From positions 190,838,001-190,902,000 of the forward strand of contig NC_058368.1 in NCBI RefSeq assembly GCF_018350175.1: DNA of 64,000 bases, in the 5' to 3' direction. Shown here one piece after another: positions 37,291 to 49,956 of the stretch. Source of the DNA: Felis catus. Lineage: Eukaryota. Within the stretch, counting starts at the first letter, position 1, and each line of letters opens with the position of its first letter. The position numbers and the translations under genes are program-made. The notes under the pieces were generated by a model. It saw only the letters and a list, made by a program, of their open reading frames with translations. It was not told the DNA's origin and did not search any database.

Positions 37291-39651
37291 ACTGAAAGCT
37301 TCTAGCAGGCAACGGCAGTATTTTAGCTGTATTTTTATCCCCAATCACCTGTAAGAACCCTTATGCTGAGTAGATAGACAGTAAATTTTGACTGACCGGA
37401 TGAAAAGTCCTCTGTCAACCATAAAGAACCATGAGTATGGCTCGCAAATGAAGTCAGGCCAGGCTGAAAAGTTAACAAGCCCAAGGTACCATCTATCCAG
37501 ACCAGTACTGTGCTGGGTGGCCACCCAGGCAAACAGATCACCATGGGGATTGAGGTATACCTCTAGATATCAAAGATTATCGTGCAAGACTGTTTGCAAG
37601 GAAATGTAAGTACATCTCATGGAATCCTAAGAGTATAGCACTTGGGTGCTGGCCTTGATCCTTCTGCTAGGCCTTAATGCAAACTTGGACAAGCCTGGCC
37701 AGTCTGAGCCTATTTCGTCTTATGTCATCGTGGGTAGTTGGACAGCATAAACATTAAAGTCTCTTCCACCTAAAAAAGTCCTGTATTATGAGGCCCAGGA
37801 AATGGGATGATCTCTGGACGACAACAAATTACAACTGTCATTGGGAACTGGTGCCCACAAATCCGAGGAGCTGCAATTAGGGCGTCTTATGTGACTTGAA
37901 GTTTTTCCAAGGAAATTCTTGCAAAAACTCTCGCAAATTACTCCGGATGCACACCCAGATTTGGGGAGGATTTAGGCACGAACACCACTGCCAGCACGTT
38001 GTTCTGAAACAGAAACTTGTAAGCAACCTTTAAAAAGAGACCTCGGTGGAGAACTTATCGATCGTTTGAAGGGAAGAAAATGAGAGATGGATAATAAAGT
38101 ACAAGTTGCTACATCCCCTGTCCCAGGTGAAATATGTGAGCTTATGAATCCTGAGCTATTGTTGATAAAGGAGGGGACTCATTTATCTTAAGCAGACACA
38201 GAAAGGAAAATAAGTGAAGTATGATTTGGCCTATGCCAAGTGTTCAGATTAAATTCCCGCCGTGGCAATCCTTGCTGCGCAGGGAGCGCTCCCCACCAGT
38301 AAAGCCTGATTAAGACGTTGGCCTGAGTGATATTAAAAATGCACGCTGTGAAAATCCCTCCCAAAATAGATTCTTTCACCGGGGTATACACCCCAAGGGA
38401 GCTACCTGTCCTGCCTGCTCTCTGTTTCATTAGGAAAAGTTGTCAGTTGTACACGACGGTGTCTTTTATGAGACTTCAAGTTACAGCTTCAAAGGACCCA
38501 GGGCCTTTTTGATACTTGTGAGAAAGGTTTTGAGGACAAGTTCAGAAAAAAAGAAGGCTAGTTCTTGTACCCCCAGCACTGGAGCTGTCTTACCTATTAA
38601 TTTGGCCCTTCTGTTCAAGTTTTGATGTCCAAATTGGCCTTCCAAAGGATGGTATCACATGCACTCTCTGTCTTTCAGATGTGTCACCAATTTCCACAAT
38701 TACTTTTAGCCTTAAACTAACAAGCAAAAGTAGTCTTCCAGAGGTGATGTCTGTTGCCGCTTCCCTGGTGTGTACCCCTAAGGCTAATATTCTTCCCACA
38801 TTTCATGCATGTATTCTCAAAAGAGTATAGCAACTGAACACAGCACCCTTGGAAAACTGAAGCCTTGGAAAATCCTGTCTGCTCGGAGAATAAAGGAATG
38901 CATCTGTCTCTTATTACTGGAGCATTAGCCAGTCAGAGCCATGAAATTCTGTGAAGAAGGAGGCAGTGCAAGAGGGTAGAGGGTGAGGAGGGAGGGTGGG
39001 TGCACTTTTGACAGGGGGTTGAAGAAGTTGCCTCTGAACAGAAACCCAAATGAAGCTAGGGAGTCAGCCATGGGAAGATCCAAGGAGAGGGGGATGGGTG
39101 TGGCCCATCTGAGGAACACAAAGAAGTCCAATGTGACTGCAGTGGTGTCGCATTTACCTCTACATAAGATAGAGGACAGTACGAGATGAATTCAGACAGG
39201 TGGGAAGCGACCAGATCAACAGAACGTCTTGGAGAAGATGCTTTTCAAAAGTCTGATCTTTGTTTTATACCCATTTTATGTCAATGGGATGCATTAAGGA
39301 AGGGAATAATGGGAAGTGATTTACATTCTAATTTAGATAAATTCCAATAAAACTTTCATGAAAGTACTGAACCCAACATTGATAAATTCACTACCTCAGA
39401 ATTAATTCCAAAAATAATTTTCTAATAAAGAATTTGCTGATAGCAGATTCTGTGATTTTGTTCAAATTAAATAATGTTTTGGAACACACTCTCCCCTTCC
39501 TTTGTCTGTGACCAAATTCAGAATGCACAATGAACGTGACAATGTGTTTGGGAATCATAAAGACCTGTTTTGGGGTTCAGATCCCACCACTTACTAGTCA
39601 TCAGATGTTCCTTGAGACTTTAATGTCCGTAAAACAGGGACCATTTTTGAG

Positions 39652-39653
<2 letters not shown>

Positions 39654-39685
<32 letters not shown>

Positions 39686-39699
39686 ACGCGCGCGCGCAT
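39654..39699. repeat. (TG)n-(CG)n alternating purine-pyrimidine tract inside a MIR
   Basis: gtgtg...tgtgcacgcgcgcgcgcat. Confidence 0.95.
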
Positions 39700-40442
39700 T
39701 TGATCTTCTCAGCACCATGCCTGGTGCACTGTAAATACTCAGCAGAGCCCTACACTGAACCCTCCACTAGTCCAGCCCGTGGTTCCTACCTCCACCTCCT
39801 CCTTCCTTCCTTTTCTGACTACCTTCTCTTATCCACACCAGTCAGTCACACTCTGCTACACACAGTTTAACACATAGTTGATTTGATATGCTCTGGGAGG
39901 CCTGTGTAAGAGGAAGCAGAAAGAGGGCCAATGATGGAGTTGCTGATGTCAAGCAGATGGAGCACGCAGGAGGTAAGGGGCAGGATGAAGAAGCAAAAAA
40001 AGTTTGCCACTGAAGTTGTCTTAGAGTTTGTAGCAGAAAGTGAAGGGATTGGCATTCACCCAGTGTCTTACAGCTAGCAATGTGCGAGGAAAGAAAAGGA
40101 GCAGGGGTGTTCTAGGGTTTGCCAGAATTGAGACTGCCTCCCAGTATGGACAAGAGAGTACCTGAATGATTTTAACTATAAGTAATCAAGTCATCAAATA
40201 ATAAGAGACTGAAATCGGTTAAAGGGTTTCCATTTACCTCTTATTCCCTTTTAATTACCATGCTAGATATTACCCTCATGCCTCCATCTACTTCTTAGAA
40301 GGGAATCTTTAAACTCTGAACACCTTCAGAGACCAAGAACTAGGGTAATTCTCTGGGCAAGAAGGGAAGGTGGCAGAGGAGATTAAAAATCCATAGCAAA
40401 CTGAATCACAACTATTCTTTAAATCTTATTTAGGATAGTAGT

Positions 40443-40968
40443 TGTGACAGTTCATTTTATATGTCAATTTGACTGGGCTGTGGGGTGACCAGATAGTTAG
40501 TCAAACATGACTCTGGGTGTGTCTGTGAGAGTGTTTCTGGATGCAATTAACATTGGAATTGGTAGACCAAGTAAAGCAGATTGTGGTCCCTACTGTGGAC
40601 AGCCCTCATCCAATCAGGTGAAGGCCTGAGTAGAACAAAAAGGCTCACCCTCTCTCAAGGAAGAGGGATTTTTTTTTCAGATTCCAACTGGAATGTTGTC
40701 TCTTCCTAGGTCTCCAGGCTGCTGGCCTTTAGACTGGAATTGAAACATCATCTCTCCTGATTCTCAAGTCTTAGGACTGAGACTGGAACTAACTACATCA
40801 TTGGCTTTCCTGGGTCTCCAGCTTGCTAACGGTAGACAATGGGCCTGGTCTGTCTCCATTATTGTGTGAGCCAATTCCTTATAATAAATCTCAGTATCCA
40901 TACACACATACATGCACATGTGGACACATCCTACTGCTTCTGTTTCTCTGGAGAACACTGGCGAATAT
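40443..40968 (+). mobile_element. ERVL MLT2 solo LTR (MLT2B/D-like)
   Basis: tgtgacagttcattttatatgtcaatttgactgggc...ccctcatccaatcaggtgaaggcctgagtagaacaaaaagg...gtgagccaattccttataataaatctc...ttctgtttctctggagaac. Confidence 0.9.
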
Positions 40969-42131
40969 GGCAGTAGCGAAATCTATCCCTAAATTCAGAT
41001 TATTAAAGTGTAACAAGAAACAAAGTGAGCATGACTTTGAATTAAAAGAAACCTTTGGAAAGAATTCACCCATGTTCGAAAATCTCTGCCTGTACCACTC
41101 ACCTTTGAAAGCTGTTGGGAACAAGAGTCACCAGTGCCCCTTCTGCTTCCTGTGACAGGGAAACCCCATTATGTGACAGATTCAGTTCTCAAGCACCACG
41201 TTACAAAGTTAGAACTTTTCCTCTCATATTTCCCAGAATTGGAAGCCAGGCTTAATATGACAATGTGGGTTAAGTGAGAATGAGCTATGCCACAACTACA
41301 AAGAGCTTACGGTAATCTTGACCTTGATGGCAATGGGGCTACCACACATATGGAGAAATTAACTCCTTAATACAATAAACTTGTTGGGCATCGTTTAGTC
41401 AGAGTTTACACTTACTACAGCCGACTAGAAGTTGGAAGGTGTTTCTGTGTGTTGGGTGTGGATTCCACGTGCTTATACAAGGGTCTGGACGGATTTGCCT
41501 TTATTTATTAATGGCTCTCTACATACTTTGGTTATAGGGAAGACATAGTAAGAATCACTTTTTCCTGCATTGTCTACAACACAAGTATGTCAGAGAGGTT
41601 AGCAAGAAACCTCGCTCTCTTGTGCTCAAAACACAGCAGAAAGGAAGAGATGTAAAAGATGAACAGGAATGACACGGAATCCCTCAGGTCGCACTTAAAA
41701 GGTACAATGGAGGAGATTTCAAGTTAACTGGAAAACATTCATCTAAGGTGCACTTCTGTTTTTCAGGAACGTCAGATACATGCAACATGGTAATAACTCC
41801 TTACACTTGTAAAACTCTATATTAAACAACAACAACAACAACAGCAACAAACAAACAAAAGAAAAGAAAAGGAAAAGATAACGTGTTCCCAAAGGTTATG
41901 TGGCAGATATTCCTCATACTTTACTAGCACTTTCAATTTTGGCTCAAATCCTATTATTCAGGAGATGCGAATTGGCCACTGGGAACATTTCCAGCAACAA
42001 TATTTCAGAATTAAAATCTAATTTCACCAAGATGACCCTGGAAATTGCCAAACTCAGGTAAAAGGAAACCTTTTAACATAAACGGCCATGCGTTATTCAT
42101 TCCATCCACCGTGTGCAGGGAAAACTCGCAA

Positions 42132-42133
<2 letters not shown>

Positions 42134-42168
<35 letters not shown>
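42134..42168. repeat. Poly(T)35 tract
   Basis: Direct read. Confidence 0.95.
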
Positions 42169-42170
<2 letters not shown>

Positions 42171-42489
42171 CATCTAAGCCACCTTTCTCATCACACAATG
42201 CCTTGTAATGGGCAAGACTTAAAAAAATAATAAAGGACATGTCACCATCACTGATGTATGTGTAAGAATGAGACCAGGTCCGGGAAACACAAAAAAGCCA
42301 TTTGGAGTGTCTGAATAAGAGCGGAATAAGAATAGTTTGAAAAAATACACAGTCTAACAAGTAATTAAACAATGAAGATGTCAGCTTAGGGAATAACTCA
42401 ATACTTTCTTTCTTGACTTCAGATTTAAAGATGTCTTTTTCTTCTCTCTCTCTTTTTGATGGAGAAGTACAGTTGCCATAGAATCAACA

Positions 42490-42690
42490 GACCCTTACTC
42501 ATATGCCACTTGTACTCTTAATTACATGTATGACCTTGGGCAGGTCACTAACTATTTTGCACCTCAGTTTCCTCTTCTATAAAATATGAACATGTTGCCT
42601 AGAAGATGGGCGTGAGCATATAACAATGTGTTTAAGTTGCCAGGCATAGGAAATGGCAAGCTATAGGTGCTCTGTAAATGTTACTGCTCT
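42490..42690 (+). mobile_element. MIR
   Basis: tgtatgaccttgggcaggtcactaactattttgcacctcagtttcctcttctataaaat. Confidence 0.8.
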
Positions 42691-43879
42691 TATTTCAGTT
42701 AAAAGTAGAAAAAGATTTGGCCTTAACGTGCTCTTTTTAGGGGGGAACAAGAGGCCTTCTGTTAAGGGTAGAGATTTTTAAGGCTAGGATAATTGCAGGT
42801 TTTCTCTTTCTTTCATAATAACATCAGGCACTAGAGAATGGGTTCTTTAGTGGATCTAGACTGAAGCCCACAGAGTTATTTCCCTTAGGTCCAGGCCTGA
42901 CATGTGGGACTCACCGGAGTTAGTTTCTGTATATTAGAAAGACCTGGCTTCTGGGATGTCAATTTCAGACTAGAGGAAGTATTCACAAAGTTTCTTCCTG
43001 TTGCCTCAGATTTAAGCTTCAAATCCTGAAGCAGTAAAATCCAGGCCCTGATGGCCATTCTAACTGGCATCGGGTTATCCTCTCACTCACCTGGATTTAG
43101 CTCTAAGATCTGGGTTATAGTGTGGTGACACTTACTCTAAGCCCTGTCCTCAAGTTGATAAGGATGTTAGTGGAGATGTCCCAAAGCTCACTCTAATCTC
43201 CTGGATGATGCCAATTTTGCAATCTTGAGGTGGAGAAACACTATAATGAACAGCAGGGGTTTACTGAAGTTCAGTACCTAGAAATGTGCTTGCTGTATGA
43301 GTTATTTCAAAACACAAAAAGTAACATCCCAACTAGACATGTGAAACAAAATGGCTGGCCTGGTAGGCAGAGAAGAGTGCTTCTCAGTTCAAATGAACAA
43401 ATTGGCATTTGGCTCCTATGTTGAGGGTCACAACACAGTCTATTCACCAACCAGCACATATAAGGTGCCAGGCTAGGTATAGAGGCTACTACTCTCAGGA
43501 AAGAGGTTAAAAAATACAGAAGAAAGAACCTGAATTTCCCCTGAGATCGAATCCATATATAAATGAAGCCGTGGAACTCGAGGACTTCCCTCTCTGTTTG
43601 GTTGTGCCCACACCAAGACAGAAGAGAGGGAACATATGAACGAACCCTTGTGGGGAGCAGCAGTCAGTAAGCACGTAAGATGGGCATACTGTGTCAACTG
43701 CGACTCGTATTAGTTCTTTCTCCTCAACCTCAGGGGGATTCCTTTCACAAGCAGACATCTAAGATTTGTTGTCTTCTAGAAATGTCACGGTCTGATTCCT
43801 GTTAAATATCAAGCATGCATCTTAGAAAAGAGAGCCTTCTAAGGCACGCCCATGATCTTGGGGGGTCTGAGGCAAAGTC

Positions 43880-44255
43880 TACTGCAGCCACACTGGCCTT
43901 CTTGCTTGTCTGGACACATCAAACAGGTCCGACCTCAGAGCCTTTATACCTGCTGTTCCTTCTGCCTGCGTAGTCTTCCCCATGTTCCTTGCACAGTTGG
44001 CTTCTTCACTTAATTTGAGTCTCTGCTCAAACATTATCTTTCTCAGAAGGCTTTCCCTGACCATGCTATCTACATTAGCACACTTGCTCCATCTATACCA
44101 GCCCACTGCTTGATATCTAACATTCTTTTTGTTTACCTGTGCATGGTTGGTACCCCTATCTAGATCATAGCTCCATGGAGAGAAAGACATTGCTTCGCTT
44201 ACTGCTGGAACAATATCTGACGTATAGCAGGAGGTCAATAAATAATTTTTCTAAG
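43880..44255 (+). mobile_element. L2a-like 3' end
   Basis: cagccacactggccttcttgc...gctgttccttctgcctg...ctctgctcaaacattatctttctcagaaggctttccctgacc...aggaggtcaataaat. Confidence 0.85.
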
Positions 44256-47052
44256 TAAATGTGTTATCCTTGACAAAGCACTAAAGCCAAGTCATTTTTT
44301 TCCCTCATTTATAAGCTGAAATAATGATACCTGACATCATAAAGTTTTGCAAAGGAACTAATATACTTTGAAAACTACTCAATAAACCATAAAATGCACT
44401 GAAGTATTAGTAATCACTATGATCCTCTTTACTGTTAACTAGCTCTTCTATCAGAGCACCAGGTAAATAATGGATTTTGAAGCTTTGGCTTGATTTATAA
44501 ACTTGTCCAAGAGTGGGTGAACTCCTTGAAAGTAGTAATCATATTTCATTGTTTTTCTCTTTAGGCCTGACTTAAAGTAGACACAATAAATTCCTGTCGG
44601 ATAAATGGATGGATGAAGTAAATAAAATGCCTTAGCAAAGGAAACGAGATGGGGCCAAGTGTACAGTTCTGACTCATGAAGCTGGGGATTAAGACAAAAC
44701 ACTGGATATGGTAATAGACTAGCACCCTGAAGAGTGCCTGGGCTGGACCCCAATCCAGAGGTCCAAGCTGAATCACTGGCCCCAAATCAATAAACCTGTC
44801 ATCATTAATCAACTGTTCATAAACAGGAGGTCAGACCTGAGTCATGAATCCACTCTGTTAAATGACAACAAATACAAGGCCCTAGGGCGAGAAAGAAATT
44901 CCTGAACCTAATGACATGGGCAGCCGAAGGTCTGAAGCTACCAGCGAGGGCATTTCACTAGGATGGAAGGAAATAAGCTGTTGTAACTGGGACTACCAGT
45001 ATGTGGTCAGAAATGGCAGTGGAGTCAGCCATGCATGGGTCTGGGCACTACAGAACTCACTCAGTAAAATGCACATGTCTCTAATCACATTTAGTTCTCA
45101 TGTTTCAGGAAGTCCATAGTAAATATGGGAGACCCATTCATGCAAACAACTTATGGTCAGTGATTTTGTTTCACAAAGACAGATTAGATCAGAAGTGAAC
45201 TGAATGTATATCTAGGCATAAAACTAAAGAATTTTAGAGCAAAAAGAAACCTTGGAGGACATGGAACCCAACCTTACCAGTGAATAGAAAAGAAACTGGG
45301 GCTCAGGGTCTACATTGACTTGCTTACAGTTACGCCAGTACTTACTGGCAGGACGGGAACCGTGATTTAAATCTCTTGACTCCTCATCTGGTGCTCTTTC
45401 TGCTTCACCATTCTGTTAGTCCTGAATAATAACTCAGTCAGACCCTTTGAAAATGGCCATCAAACCAAACAATGCAAAATGCCAAGCAATAAATTAAAAC
45501 AGGGCCTTCCCCTCACTCTAGAGTTGTGTTTGCAGAAACCCAGAAATTTAAGTCATCAGCAAAAACATCCCAGATATATAAAAATCTCAAGATTCCTCCA
45601 ATAATTTAAAACATATTTTAGAGCCAGAAGGCCCCCTAGCAATCATTAACTACAATTCCCCAATTTTACAGATGATGAACTACATCTTAGAGAGGTTAGT
45701 TTCCCAGTAGCATAGATCTGGTTAAAATGACCCAATAATTTCATAAAATGATTCTTATGCTATTCTATATAGGTGGTCTCAACTCTGGGAATGGGTCCCT
45801 GGGATGCTATGAAAAAATCCCTTGTCATTCTCATCAAACCAAATGGACATGCTTGCAGAAAATGGTACATTTCCATTGTATTAGAAAAACACTCTAGAGG
45901 TGATGCCATTTGCTCTATAACAACTGAAAAACAATTACATTTTTTTGTCTGACATGTGAAACACACCTAGGTTAAACGCAATTCCCCAAACCAGTATATA
46001 ATATGGGGCTCAAGGCACTGGGGGACTTTCCCATGGCTTGACCTAGAGTAGACAACCTAATAGACTCTTGTTGGATGTATAGATGGATAAGTGGATGAAC
46101 ACAGTAAGTAAAAGGCCTATAGTAGAGAAAGGAAAGGGAGCCAGTGTTATTTGATTCATGAGGCTGGGAATTAAAATGCTGGAATAAAAACACTGGATAA
46201 GGTAACAGATGAGTGCACAAAGACCCCAAATCAGACACCTCAAAAAATGCCCCCAAACTAGGGGTGCAACCTGAACCACTAATTAGTTCAAATGAAGAAG
46301 TAATGTCTGTAATGTAACAATTGATATGGTGCACGGGGCAGAGGGGGTACAAACCAAAGACCTTGCTGGGGTAAATCTAACCCTTGAATTTACTAAGTGA
46401 ATAGCCTGAAAGTCACATTTCAGACCAGATGATCTGCAATCACTTTAACTGGTCTTTGGCTACAGAATTTCAAACAAGTAAGTGATCTTGTCCCCAAATG
46501 TTCTGATATTAGGATATACAAATTTTACCATAAGGCTAAGATTGGAACAAAAACCAATCAGTGGGGTCAATTTCTGTGGATTGTTCAGAAGGCCACAGTA
46601 GGATAGCCAGAGGGTGATGACAAGAATGGATACCTGGACTGGCTGTGACAATCATGGAAGAGCTGATTCCCATCATATTCAAGAAGCCACCCATGACAAA
46701 TATGGGTACACGTTTGTAAGACTCCATGCAAGAACGTGTGCCTATTACACCTGTCTAGTTGCCACTGAAGTCTTGTCAAACATTATTAAAGATATGAACA
46801 CCTTCAGCCCAAGATTTTAAAGAAATGCACTTATTTCTTTGCTTAGTGGCATTAGCACTTCCTCATTAATCCTCCTTTCTGGGAAATTCTCATTCCATTC
46901 ACCTGCATAGCCCTTCTTCTAGCTCCCACACCCAAATAACAGTACACTTTCTGCCTTTTTGGTCCCACTCTAGTTTATTCCTATGAATATCAAAAGAAAG
47001 AGAGAAGTCTTCTATGACAAGCTCTTCCACTCACTGTTATATGGCCCTACAT

Positions 47053-47276
47053 TAGTAGTTCTCAACCAGGGGTGATTTTGTTCCTCAAATGGAAATTTAG
47101 CAATGTCTGGAAATAATTGGGGAGAGGGGTCCTTAAAGCAAAGGTAATGGTATTTGGTGGATAGAGGCCGGAGTTGCCAGTAAACATCTAAGATGCATAG
47201 GACAACACCCCCCTCCTGCCCCTATAAAGAATTATTTGGTTCCAAATATCCAAAGTGCTGAGGTTAAGAAACTCTG
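47053..47276 (+). mobile_element. MER20 (hAT-Charlie MITE)
   Basis: agtagttctcaaccaggggtgattttg...gcaatgtctgga...aaagaattatttggttccaaat...gtgctgaggttaagaaactctg. Confidence 0.85.
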
Positions 47277-47789
47277 TCCTAGATAATTCAAATGTTTCTA
47301 GGTCTCGGTTTTCTAACTGGCCAAAAAGAGAATACTTACCTGCTATTCCTAACTCACTCTCTTGCATGGAGGATAGATTGGTAATGTGCACATAAGTGTT
47401 TTGAAAAGTACTTTATACATGCTACTTTTCTTTTTAGCTCTTGATACTTTTTCAGATTATATGAGGAGGCTTAAAAGGTGCTTATAAATCTTATTTATAG
47501 TACAATCTTTGTACTTTGATTTTAAGAGAGGGTCTTTATTCTAAAGAGAACACAGAGTGGAGCTTTTTATTTATCAAAGTCTACAGAGCAAGCATTACCA
47601 TCCCTGTTTTTTGAGATAAAAGAACTGGTAGAAGGAATAGCTGACCCTTTCCTCAGGAAACAAACAAACAAACAACAACAACAACAGGAGTTATAATTAT
47701 TTTGTTCATTGGTTTGATAATTATTTGATGTTAATATGTATAAAACAGTAACAATAATATAACAAAAAAGATTATTATCAATCCCTTAC

Positions 47790-47990
47790 AACTGTTCAAT
47801 GCTAAATGCTTTATACACACTGACAGCTTACCCCTGAGGTAGATCCTATTATTATCCACATATGTAGAAGATAAAATTAAGTCTTCGGAGCAAACTATTT
47901 GCCCAAGGACAAATAACCAGTAAATGGTGAGGCTTGGAATGGAATCCAGCCCTGTGTAATGCAAATGCTGCTAGTAAACACCATGCCATA
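47790..47990 (-). mobile_element. MIR
   Basis: accctgaggtagatcctattattatccac...tttgcccaaggacaaataaccagtaaatggtgaggcttggaatggaatccag. Confidence 0.75.
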
Positions 47991-48430
47991 TTGTGCCTGG
48001 CACTGAATGTGCATCCTAGGGGTCGGGAGGAAGAGAATAAAAGTATGAATCAGATGTGGATGCTGCCCTTATTAGCTAGCAGTCTCCTGGAGGAGATCAG
48101 AAGCAAATACAAGGGGAGACAGTAATAAGTGTCAAAGATGTGCCAATGACCTTCCAGAATGGAACTCTAAAATTGAGAGCTTGAGGCATACGGATTCTAA
48201 GTACTGAAATAAGAATTAGGGAAAAAATAAAACAATGGAAAGGAGGCACCCAGGCAAGGTTCCTCAGGTAGAGAGCAGTGTTTCATTACTTTTAGTGCTT
48301 ACAGAACTGCTCTAAACTCTTGATAGTCCAGCTTAAATGATTTGAACACGATGATGATGAGATCCGAGTCACTGGGTCACCTTCCCGGGGCTAAGTTTCT
48401 TTTGCCACAATTCAAGGCCACATACTCAAT

Positions 48431-48616
48431 CAAGGATGGCAAATGTGGCCATGTGTGATGCCACTGCTCCACTGAAATATGGATCAAATGTCATAAATGG
48501 GCCACAGTACCTTTCCCTATGTCGTTGGGAAAAGTCTCAGAGTCCTTCTTAACCTTCTTCCCCAGTCATTAACGTAGTTGAATAGCACATGAAATAAAAC
48601 CTATTTCACCTCTCTG
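48431..48616. mobile_element. hAT-type MITE (family uncertain)
   Basis: Degenerate TIRs caaggatggcaaat ... cctatttcacctctctg. Confidence 0.5.
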
Positions 48617-48750
48617 GGGTTTTTTTCTATCTGTATGCTATACCTCCTTTACAGAAACATTTGTAGGTGGGATGTAAATAGCATTAGGTAAAACAGGAGG
48701 GTTGAAAAACATGGAGTCCCTGAGACAGGGCAGTTAACATTAAGGTCAAA

Positions 48751-49171
48751 GGCACACCTGGGTGGCTCAGTGGGTTAGGTGTTAGACTTCAGCTCAGGTC
48801 ATGATCTCACAGTTTTTTGAGTTTGAGCCTCGCATTGGGCTCTGCACTGACAGCTCAGAGCCTGGAGCCTGCTTTGGATTCTGTCTCCCTCTTCTCTCTC
48901 TGCTCCTCCACTGCTTGTGCTCAATCTCAAAAATAAATAGGTAAACATTAAAAAAAAGGGGGGGGGATTGCCTGCATAGCTCAATTGGTTAGGCATCCAA
49001 CTTGGGCTCAGGTCATGGTCTCACAGTTAGTGGGTTTGAGCCCTGCATTAGGCTGTGCAGTGACAGTGTGGAGCCTGCTTGGGATTCTCTCTTTCTCTCT
49101 CTCTCTGCCCCTCTCCCACTTGTGCTTTCTCTCTCTTTCTCAAAATAAATAAATAAACTTAAAAAAACAAA
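48751..49171 (+). mobile_element. Two head-to-tail Can-SINEs (48751-48957, 48958-49171)
   Basis: Two SINE bodies with an outer TSD attaaggtcaaa. Confidence 0.92.
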
Positions 49172-49199
49172 ATTAAGGTCAAAAAAGGATTCAAATCTT

Positions 49200-49610
49200 A
49201 AAGAAGATGTGTTATACATATACAATGGAATATTCTTCATCCATAAAAACGAATGGAATCTTGCCATTTGCAGCAAAATAGATGGATCTAAAGAGGTATA
49301 ATTCTAAGTAAAATAAGTCACTGAAAGACAAATGCCATATGATTTCACCCATATTTGGAATTTAAGAAATAAATGAACAAAGAAAAATAAAGAGACAAAC
49401 AAAAAACAGACTCTTAACTATAGAAAACAAACAGATGGTTACCAAGGAGAGGTTGGGGGGGAGGAGAGGGGTAAAATAGGTGATGGGAATTGAGAGTACA
49501 ATTATCTTAATGAGCATAGAGTAATATATGGAATTGGTGAATCACTGTATTGTACACCTGAAACAAATATAATGTATGTTTACTACACTGGAATTAAAAT
49601 TAAAAAAATA
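49200..49610 (+). mobile_element. Carnivore L1 3' end
   Basis: atatacaatggaatattcttcatccataaaaacgaatggaatcttgccatttgc...tgaatcactgtattgtacacctgaaac. Confidence 0.88.
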
Positions 49611-49725
49611 AAGATAGCCTCATTCAAAGCAAGGTGTTTATAAAATATTTCATATATGCTAGTTAATTTTTCTAATATATGGTACAATAAATTATGATTC
49701 TAATATTGAAAAAGACCCAAATCTT

Positions 49726-49956
49726 GGGGTGCCTGGGTAGCTCAGTCAGTAAAGCATCCGACTTCAGATGAGGTCATGCTCTCACGGTTTGTGAGTTTGA
49801 GCCCCATGTTGGGCTCTGGGCTGTACTGACAGCTCAGAGCCTGGAGCCTGCTTCAGATTCTGTGTCTCCCTCTCTCTCTTGTCTCCCCCACTCATGCTCT
49901 GTCTCCCTGTCTCTCAAAAATGAATAAACATTAAAAAATGAAATTAAAAAAAATTA
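49726..49956 (+). mobile_element. Can-SINE
   Basis: ggggtgcctgggtagctcagtcagtaaagcatccgac...; degenerate TSD acccaa(a/g)tctt. Confidence 0.93.

Noticed and set aside
42134..42168. Poly(T)35 as another tail-only insertion
   Set aside because: Only 3 bp (atc) are repeated at the flanks; no convincing TSD.
46460..46820. Coding-looking stretch with overlapping short ORFs (possible processed pseudogene or RTE/CR1 relic)
   Set aside because: All frames are interrupted, I recognise no homologue, and there is no poly-A or TSD. A tBLASTx or Dfam search would be needed.
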